Positions 45,060 to 53,625 of a stretch of DNA of 64,000 nucleotides are shown piece after piece; the stretch's first letter is position 1, and every line of letters begins with the position of its first letter. Origin of the DNA: Tetramitus jugosus (lineage: Eukaryota > Protista > Heterolobosea); NCBI GenBank assembly GCA_937625935.1, contig OW569389.1, positions 335,694 through 399,693 of the forward strand. Reading direction: 5' to 3'. Both the position numbers and the translations under genes were made by a program. The notes beneath the pieces were generated by a model, which ran no database searches, was not told the origin of the DNA, and saw nothing but the letters and a program-made list of their open reading frames with translations.

Positions 45060-45245
45060 GAATTGAATTTTTGTAATCACAGTCAGTCTTGTGCACTCTC
45101 TGTTAGTTATCAAGATACGAGAAATAACGTGATACCGGAATATCACAAGATAGCTGTAGTGAACTCCCTCAATGATACACACTGGAATGTATTTGCATTC
45201 GTGTTCAACTTGCTGTTCACAAACCACCATCACCCGTTTTGATTG

Positions 45246-45694
45246 TCACCTGCCATTCTTGGAGTAACGAAAGACAAATACTTGTTCTGTGCAACGGAGC
45301 CACTCGAGTTTGGCTAAACTGCCACTCCTTGCTGCTGATACGAACACGTCCTTGTCGAGCAATGTGCCTCGAGCCACCCACTGGAGAACGTCCAAGCTTG
45401 CACACTCTGCAGCCATCAAAAGATGTTGCTTGTTGAGTCGTTCTTGTCGTGGGTCCACTCGAGCATTGCCACTGGCGAGCCTTGTTGAATGGTGTCCATC
45501 AATAAACAATCCTTTGCCTCGAGACTTGTTGTCCATTCCTTTTCGAATAAACTGTTTTGCACATTGCAATAGTACTTGCTCACTTGATCCATGTAATGCT
45601 GGACGTGATGAACAACAACATCTCTGGACAGTGGGCTGAGATTTCGGTTCATACTTGGATTGATGTCTGGGTCGAGGCCTGAGTCTGATTTCAT
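45246..45694 (-). pseudogene. Frameshifted ankyrin-like repeat gene remnant
   Basis: Overlapping frames give QQGSPVAMLEW, AAECASLDVLQWV and AARSGSLAKLEWLR, the AAxxGxLxxLxWL repeat type. Confidence 0.55.
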
Positions 45695-46638
45695 TTTTGG
45701 TTGTCGAATTTTCTTAGGTGTTGCGTATGCGGACCCAGTCTCCAACGGCTTGTCCAAAGCAAACTGTTTACAAAGATGTGGTTCACCCACATAAAATGAG
45801 TTACTCGAACGATACAAAAATATTGCTTCGTGAGTAATGAAAATTGGTCTTGCCACAAACATCATTCGACGAGTAATTGAGATTTATCCAAGTACGAGGA
45901 ACATTTGGACCCCGACAGTGGCCGACTACTTTTCATTCTTGTTTCTTTTGTGGGTAGTTTTGGGTTGCTTTGCCCATGATCAAGTGAGTGTTGACACTGT
46001 CTGCGTAGTCGATAGTTAAGTAACGCATTTATCGAAGCCAACATATAACAGCTCTTGTTTGTTCATATGTTTGATCGGTGTATGTTTAAATAGAAGTTGA
46101 ATCTGTTTCGACCAGATTCAAATAACTAAAATTATGTCTACTGCATATTATGGTGCAACTTTACTGCAATTCAGCTTTACTGCATTTACAGTTTTTCCTA
46201 CTGCATTTCACCTACTTGCGATCCAATAAAGGTCAACTCAAGCAACAGACCATTAATAATATTCAATGGGTGCATTTGCACTTGATTAAGAACCAACTTG
46301 CATGCAAGAATGGATTAGAGATCTCATTGGTCATGAAATTCAATTGAAAGTAGAATCCCATGTGGAATTTGAGACCAATCCAAAAACAAATCAGATATTG
46401 ATGTGATGGATCACGAGTGAAGGGAAGATTCCAGTCATTGTGAATCCATAAGCTCTAACGCACACCCAAAAATCAGAAAACATGTAACCGTAATGGCCAT
46501 CTTGCCAAATCACTGTTGTAACAACATTGATAGATTTGAAATTGGATTCAGTACCCATTGGAGTGTAGGTCAAGAGTGAAGCTTGTGTCCGCACTTCATG
46601 GTTGGAACACAAAGAAAAAAGGTCACAAAACAGGTGAC

Positions 46639-47235
46639 TATAGCAATTTTCCAAAAAGTGTGACGTTTTTTGAGCGTCAAAAAAACAGAATAAACGTTCC
46701 AAAAAGTTGTAAATCACCGTTAAATCAGGTTTTGCTCCAATTTCCAGTTGAATTTCCAGAAGATTAAATTTGACTTGCCTTGTATGAAGAAGCTGTCCAA
46801 CTGTTGAAGAAAGGAATTGAGTACATTCCTCTTGTTGCTCACGCTATCGAAGATGAAATCTTCTAATTTGACCTTGTCCACGTTGATTTTTGTTTTAGAA
46901 GTAAACACAGATCCACATACATATCACTTCTCTTCTGGAACCTGATAGTCACTCTTCCTCATCAGATGAAGTGGATTGGTCGTCCGAATCGAGCTTCTGG
47001 GCAACAGATTCGAAGCTTTCCTCTTTTCGTGCTGCACCTCAAGTCTAATTGCATTCAACTCAGGCATGAGCAATAGATTAAGTGCAGGTGATATCAATCC
47101 ATTCTCCCTCCACTGCAAACGTCTTTGGGCTGATGGACAGTATCTTTCCCATCCTTTTTCTACAAATAAACGCTCAAAAACGCAAAAAAACACAAACCAG
47201 AAAAAAAACGTCACACTTTTTGGAAAATTGCTATA
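46639..47235. mobile_element. Non-autonomous TA-flanked TIR element, Tc1/IS630-like remnant
   Basis: 33-bp perfect inverted repeat TATAGCAATTTTCCAAAAAGTGTGACGTTTTTT at 46639-46671 and, reverse-complemented, ending at 47235; internal minus-strand PELNAI motif. Confidence 0.65.
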
Positions 47236-47315
47236 ATCAAGCAACGAATGAAGCACTATGAGTACAGTGTTGCGACTCTTCGAACTATTATCGAGACAGT
47301 GATCAGTAGCATAAC

Positions 47316-47483
47316 TGCAGGTGACGTCAAGCCATTCTTCCTCCACTGTAAACGTCTTTGGGCTGATGAACAGTATCTTTCTCATAGAATCCTTGATCTC
47401 CAAATAAACGCTCGGAAACACAGAAAAACGACGAAAAACACACCACCAAAAAAAAACGCCACACTTTTTGGAAAATTGCTATA
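47316..47483 (+). repeat. Diverged tandem duplicate of the element's right end (copy of 47083-47235)
   Basis: Both copies share TGCAGGTGA..CCATTCT.CCTCCACTG.AAACGTCTTTGGGCTGATG.ACAGTATCTTTC and CACACTTTTTGGAAAATTGCTATA. Confidence 0.85.
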
Positions 47484-47779
47484 GGATCATTAGAAACCTC
47501 TATGGTAGTGTTGAGTGTTCATTTACCATATTCGAGAATAATACGAGTGAAGCGCTATTACTGATGGAGGGTTGGAGCCTCATTGGGACAAGAAATTTAT
47601 TTTATGACGATCCAAATCAGAAGCGTGAATTGACAGTTTACGGAGATGGCACTGGGCTCATAATCGACTTGAGAGAAAATTATTGGCGTTATTACTACAA
47701 CACGACCAGTCGAGTATTAAGGGCAGAATTTTTGATGTTTCAGATGGAGCACGTATTGAACCCTATCTGGTCACTCCAT

Positions 47780-47987
47780 CACAGTATGATTGTTTCAACA
47801 GAAATGGAACTGATAACAGGATTTGCAACAGCCAAGGATATTGCATCGCTCCTAATACATGCTCCTGTCATGCACATAGTCTCGGGGAAGAGTGCGGCGC
47901 TTTCTACGATTGTTTTGGAATGCTTGCCAACAATTCTCAAGTTTGTTATGGTCGAGGCAGCTGTGAGGGAGCAGATGTATGTACCTT
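47780..47987 (+). pseudogene. EGF-like repeat gene fragment
   Basis: YDCFNRNGTDNRICNSQGYCIAPNTCSC...C..YDCFGMLANNSQVCYGRGSCEGADVC, truncated mid-repeat at about 47987. Confidence 0.7.
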
Positions 47988-48538
47988 GAATCATCATCAT
48001 CATATTCATCTTCTTCTTCATCTTTATCTTCATCTTCATTGAAATTATTTGAAATTTCATAGTCGTCCATACCTCTGAGAACAGGTATGTTGGTCGTAGC
48101 AGAGGACAGCACTGAGAATTTTTGATATTTTATCTTGGCAGAAGCAACAGCAGCCTTCAATTGAGAGTCTTGTGACCGACTGAGTTGTATTGCAAGCTTT
48201 GCGTCTTCTTGTTCTTGCAAAATCTTTGCAATGGCAGAGTCTGTCATGTCATGCAAAGTTGATTCATCGACGTCATAGCTAGCATTTGCTTGCTGTTGTT
48301 GTTGTTGTTGTAGTTGCACCACAGTTTCTGTCGTCGCAGAACGGATTTGTTCTTCAACGTCAATTTGTTTCAAATCAACATGGATAGCAGCACCCTCATG
48401 CATTTGATCTTCAAGTAAATCGTAAACTTTATAATGTTCATCGTTGTCGCTCTCTTGTACAAACGTTTGTGTGAATGCACCAAGAGACATTTTCATATTC
48501 TTTTTTGCTTGTTGTTGTTGTTGTTTTGGGCGAGTCAT
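47852..48538 (-). pseudogene. 3'-truncated or chimeric hypothetical gene
   Basis: Protein-like up to the acidic tract EDEDKDEEEDEYDDDD, then reads into the antisense strand of the EGF fragment. Confidence 0.5.
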
Positions 48539-48715
48539 TTGCTTGTTGTTGTTTGATGACTGTAGTGTTGTTGTTTTGTGTGCGCTTTTTGGCTTCAAGA
48601 GTCAAGTGTCGTGTTCGAAACAGCTAGTTCCACACTCAATCTAGACGACGAAGTTGATCAATTTGAAGAATCACATTCATCTCTAACAGTTCCAATCTCT
48701 TCAAGAGAAATTAAA

Positions 48716-49003
48716 TCAGCATTTGAAATGTCGTGAAAGACGACGACATACATCCTCAAGATCGATAAAAGGATCAGCACCAATTTTAACATACGGACAG
48801 TGAATGGTTAGAGTAGTTAGCCTGGGACATTTGTCTATCAATTGTTTGAGACCTTGCCGACCAACCGATGAATCGACGTGTATTTCTCTCAGTGTGTCAT
48901 TTGATTGACTTTTACACAATGCGGATACCAAATTATCAAAACCATATTTGTTGATGCTCGTACCCATCAGGTTCAGTCTTCTCAAGTTTTCGAACGAACC
49001 CAA
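48716..49003 (-). pseudogene. LRR gene fragment
   Basis: LRRLNLMGTSI...LREIHV...CPRLTTLTI motifs; the ORF starts at a non-ATG codon. Confidence 0.5.
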
Positions 49004-49110
49004 ACCAAAACAACACTTGTTGTTACTATTGAAACATGTATAGAATTCCCTGCAAAAATTATTTTCATGGGAGATCTCAGGAGTTGACGACGTGATACCG
49101 TTTATTCATT

Positions 49111-51009
49111 TTGTTTAGCAACAAACTTGAGTCTATCGAGATGTGTGACAGAATATTACAGTTCGATCATAGTGTACAAAGATATCCTTCTTTGTCTTTT
49201 GTCACACTCAGTGAGAACTACACATGTATTGCTCAACTTATCAGTGTTGTGAGAGATTCACTATACTCAAGCTTTAGGAAAATGGATATATAGCTCTGTG
49301 AAAATCAGAAACAGGGTATCTTCAGATGAAACAGGTGTAAGTATCGCGAGATACTTGAAGAGTATTGACAGTGGAAAGCTTCAAAGATTAGTGATAGCAA
49401 CTTACCCATTCTACTGGTTATACTCGTCCATTAATAATCGTTTTATTGATCTAGATGTGATGACAAACATAATCAATCCTCTTTCTTCCTCTGTGAACAG
49501 TGGAGGAAAGGTTGTGATAGTTAACAACAAGATTTATTCAATCAAGAACGATAACCAAACACCTCATCCAATCAACGAAATTTTACATTTTCAGGAGGGA
49601 AGAGCCGAGTCATTTTATTCGATGGGATACGTATATCTATTCTTCCAATCTGTGATGATACGAACAAAAATTAATGGAGAATTTTGTTATCAAGCTCAAT
49701 GACACAATAATCATACAGGAGTTTGATTTGAAGCTCATTGATCGATATGACAAAATTATAGCTTTCTCTGTTCATCAATACTCATATTACCTCGTTATGG
49801 AGAGACAACATAAGCATTCTTTACGAATTGTATGATCCATCTTGCCTGCCGAAGGATGTAGTATCAGATCAGAGAAATCCTATTCGGAAAGAAGTTGTTA
49901 TTATCTTATCTGTTATGATTCCATTGATCATCATTGTAATTGTTATTGGGTATATCCCCACTCACTTTTTCATTAGAAAGATCTTAATTGAAAAACGGAA
50001 GCAGAGTGAATTAGAATACAAGTTGCTTGATTACGAGTTACAAAGTATGGGTGCAGAAAATCATGCAAATGAAGATAGTCTCGTGCAAAAATCAAGATTT
50101 ATCCCATTCGCAGCTCTTTTCTTTGATAAAAAGTTGTCAGGAGGAGCCTTCGGTGTTGTATTCAAGGGAAGATGGAGAAAGAATGACGAAGTGGCAATCA
50201 AAAAGATTGTTGTTGAGGATGAAGAATCGTTCTTATCAGAGATTTCTATCTTGAACACACTGAGACATCCATTATGTCTCTACCTGTATGGATATTCAAA
50301 AGATTCGAAGGGAGGGCTTTATATAGTTACAGAGTACCTTCCAAAGGGAAATCTTCATTCCTTCATATATGACAAAGACAATAAGTTTGTTGATTTTAAC
50401 TTGAAGATGAAGATTCTGATAGATGTTTCGAATGGAATGGCATATCTGCATAACTGTCAACCAAAGATGATCGTACATCGAGATTTGAAGCCTCAGAACA
50501 TATTGCTGGACAGAGATGGAAGAATCAAAATATGCGATTTTGGACTGAGTAAGAGAACAACAGTAAACGATGGACTCACATTAGGAGTCACTATTGGTAC
50601 ATTCGAGTACATCTGCCCAGAGATTTTGGACAAGCGACCCTATGATGAGAAATGCGATGTATATTCATTCGGGATTATCATGCATGAGTTGTTCACATCA
50701 CAGAGACCCTACGGTTCAATGTTGTCAGACCTTGGTATGATTACTGCCGCTACGCGCATCTTCCAAGGAGCTAGACCTCCTGTTCCGTCAGCCGAGTTCG
50801 ATGAATAACAACTTCAATTTTTCGATGAGTCCAATTCGCTTTCAAAGGAGACTTTATCCAATGATCAGCGGCATGCACTCAAGATCAAGATCACTCGAGA
50901 ATACATCAAACTTATGCATCAATGTTGGAGCGGAAGGCCAGAGGAAAGACCATCCTTTGAGTCAATTCATGAGAATTTGATCAATATGTGCAAGCTGGTT
51001 GAAGATTAG
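49111..51009 (+). pseudogene. Disrupted single-pass receptor kinase (TKL group)
   Basis: TM segment, GGAFGVV, VAIK, HRDLKPQN, DFG and CPE. An in-frame TAA at 50806-50808 precedes subdomain XI (CWSGRPEERPSF...TAG 51009). The ectodomain region is broken by stops and frame changes. Confidence 0.85.
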
Positions 51010-51243
51010 ACGTCACAGAAGAATGTGCACTACCAATGCATTTACCCGATAATTATTATGAATATCTCCTGGTTCTCGTCCATGGCTCATTACTCAGATT
51101 CCAACAAGAGGAGAATCATTAAAGCTTAATACAGGGATTCTGCAGTTGTTCAAACACGTGTTCTCAATATCAATCATCCAACTCTACCAGGAGTCGTCGA
51201 TAGTTACCGAAGATTTTGTTTCAGCAATGTGGTACACTTCTCC

Positions 51244-52644
51244 CTATGTCCCGAACATTCGATTGATTAACTTTTTCAGAGATAAGGTCACATTTTCGAT
51301 GAATGTTTGATCTTTTCTGAGCGTGTGGATGTCAGTCAAATTTGAAAGTGCTTTGTTGGTGATGAATTGTTGATTACAATGTCTCATATCCAGTGTATGA
51401 ATCCCGTCCAAATAGGAGAATGCTCTGTCTGTGATTGTTGTTTGAGTGCAGCAAAATATAGAAAGTGTGTGAATGCCTTTCAAATGAGAGAATGCACGAT
51501 CTGTGATTGATTCTTGATCACAACCACTCATGTAGAGTGTGTGAATACCTTCAAGATGTGAAAAAGCTTCATCTGTGATCATTGTTTGATTGCAAGCTGA
51601 CATATTGAGTGTATGAATGCCTTTCAAGTAAGAAAAGGCTTTGTCTGTGATTTGACGGCAATACACGATAGAGAGTGTATGAATGCCTGTCAAGTGCTCG
51701 AAGGCTTGATCTGTGATTGTTATTTGGAAACTCATATCGAGAGTGTGAATGCCTTTCAAATGGAAAAATGCTTTGTCTGTGATCTGATTACAATGGAGAA
51801 TAATCAGAGTATGAATTCCTTCAAGCTGTGAAAAAGCTTCATCTGTGATAGTTTGTTGCTTGCAGAGAGTCATATTGAGTGTATGAATGCCTTTCAAATG
51901 AGAAAAAGCCCAATCTGTAATTGTTGGTTGATTGCAATAGGCCATAGAAAGTGTATGAATACCTTTCAAGTGCTTGAATGCTTCATCTGTGATCGTTTTT
52001 TGGTTGCAATTAGTCATATCTAGTGTGTGAATGCCTTCTAGATGTGAAAAAGCCTCATCTGTAATCGTTTCTTGATGACAACGAATCATGTTGAGTGTAT
52101 GAATGCCTTTCAAGTAAGAAAACGCTTTGTCTGTGATTTGAGTACAATGACTCATATTGAGAGAGTGAATGCCTTCAAGATACGAAAGGGCATCGTCTGT
52201 AATTGTTGCTTGCCGGACACCAACCATATTAAGTGTGTGAATACCTTTCAAGTGTTTAAATGCTTCATCTGTGATCGTTTTTTGATTGCGATGACTCATA
52301 TCGAGCGTATGAATACCTTCTAAATATTGAAAGTGCACATTACTCACATTCTGATTCCGATTCAAGCTCACATTGAGCAATGTTCCTTTTCCCAGTGCAA
52401 AGAAATGTTCAATCTTTCGAGACAATAAATCACGTTTCAACGTTCTTCGCTTGTTGAACACGCATTGTTTGCTGAACTTGAATTGATTGAACCCTTTGCA
52501 AGTATAACTCAACTGTATCCATTCTCCAGTGTCAAAACACTCTAGGATCTTGGACCATGAATCTAGACTCAGTACCCAAAAAATCTCATTCATGTGATTA
52601 TTGGCATGCCTGCTTTCATGGGGAGTGGTTGTTGTCCTTCTCAT
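51244..52644 (-). CDS. F-box-like + LRR protein (about 14 GIHTL-type repeats of 21-24 aa)
   Basis: LSLDSWSKILECFDTGEWIQLSYTCKGF F-box-like motif; repeats xGIHTLxMxxCxQxTITDxAFxxL. Start at ATG 52644 chosen by comparison with the paralog. Confidence 0.85.
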   Translation of the reverse strand: MRRTTTTPHESRHANNHMNEIFWVLSLDSWSKILECFDTGEWIQLSYTCKGFNQFKFSKQCVFNKRRTLKRDLLSRKIEHFFALGKGTLLNVSLNRNQNVSNVHFQYLEGIHTLDMSHRNQKTITDEAFKHLKGIHTLNMVGVRQATITDDALSYLEGIHSLNMSHCTQITDKAFSYLKGIHTLNMIRCHQETITDEAFSHLEGIHTLDMTNCNQKTITDEAFKHLKGIHTLSMAYCNQPTITDWAFSHLKGIHTLNMTLCKQQTITDEAFSQLEGIHTLIILHCNQITDKAFFHLKGIHTLDMSFQITITDQAFEHLTGIHTLSIVYCRQITDKAFSYLKGIHTLNMSACNQTMITDEAFSHLEGIHTLYMSGCDQESITDRAFSHLKGIHTLSIFCCTQTTITDRAFSYLDGIHTLDMRHCNQQFITNKALSNLTDIHTLRKDQTFIENVTLSLKKLINRMFGT

Positions 52645-52903
52645 GGCTGTTTTGCAGCGGAGAATGGACGTACAACCATGGTTGCGCTTTTGTCGCGGTA
52701 TGGCGCTGATGTAACAGCCGGAGCAGGTGTAAGTATTTACGGGGTCTGACAGTTCTTTGGTTTTGATCATTGAAGTATTTGACACTGATGACGTAAGAAA
52801 TGGATCGCTTGATGAGTCGCAGCAAAAATAGAAAACTGAACACATTCTTCAACCGTCAATAGATGGAGAATCAAATTCCAGTAGTTGTACACATCTCATA
52901 AGT

Positions 52904-53145
52904 TTGCTGCACCAGTCTCTGACTCCAAAAAACCAAGGAGACATGTATCCGGAGGATTTAGTTGATGATGAGGTGGATGGAGATAGATATTGAGGCTATT
53001 GAAGATTTGACACTCAATATCTTTGATTGCTACTTCGTACTCTAGACTAAGTATTATGTCCGATAATCCTGAATGAATTTACATCGCATTTCTCATCACA
53101 TGTTGTCTAACATCTCGGAGTACATGTACTCGAATGTACCAATAG
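52904..53145. repeat. Rearranged copy of pieces of 44601-45059 (one direct, two inverted)
   Basis: 52904-53019 ~ 44601-44709 (direct); 53015-53040 = reverse complement of 44896-44921; 53041-53145 ~ reverse complement of 44961-45059. Confidence 0.85.
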
Positions 53146-53625
53146 CTTCCGGAGTCGTTTTCTTCTTCACTTGAACTCAATTTGTACGCTGATTATTGTG
53201 TTCATTCACACCTGAGAAAGGATGTAAGATTGAAATTGGCGAGGTATTGTATTTCAGTACTCTGCGACATAGACCTTGTGCTTGTGGGACGGAATGAAAA
53301 AGTGGTCAGATTGCAACAATCATGAAAGTGAACGTGTGAGAATTTAATCTTGTTTTCATGCACAACCGAAGAGTTCATGCGACTTCCAGACACAATGTTT
53401 GTACTGCGTCCTTTTTTCGCTCCAAGATTAATTTCATTTTCATTGTAGCGCTTGAACCTCATGGTATGAACTTCTCTCGGTGTTGCTCAACCAGAATTCT
53501 CCGAAGCAACGGTTTTTTTCTTTCACGTTAAAAACCGCTAAAAACCGTTAAAAACAGGCACTTAAGAGGCAAACAAAGCCACCTAAGATCTGTGTCCAAG
53601 CCAATAACAAAACAACAGGAAAGAA

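Noticed and set aside
50806-50808. Stop-codon reassignment or readthrough
   Set aside because: TAA, TAG and TGA all terminate conserved genes normally in this window, and the gene has other lesions.
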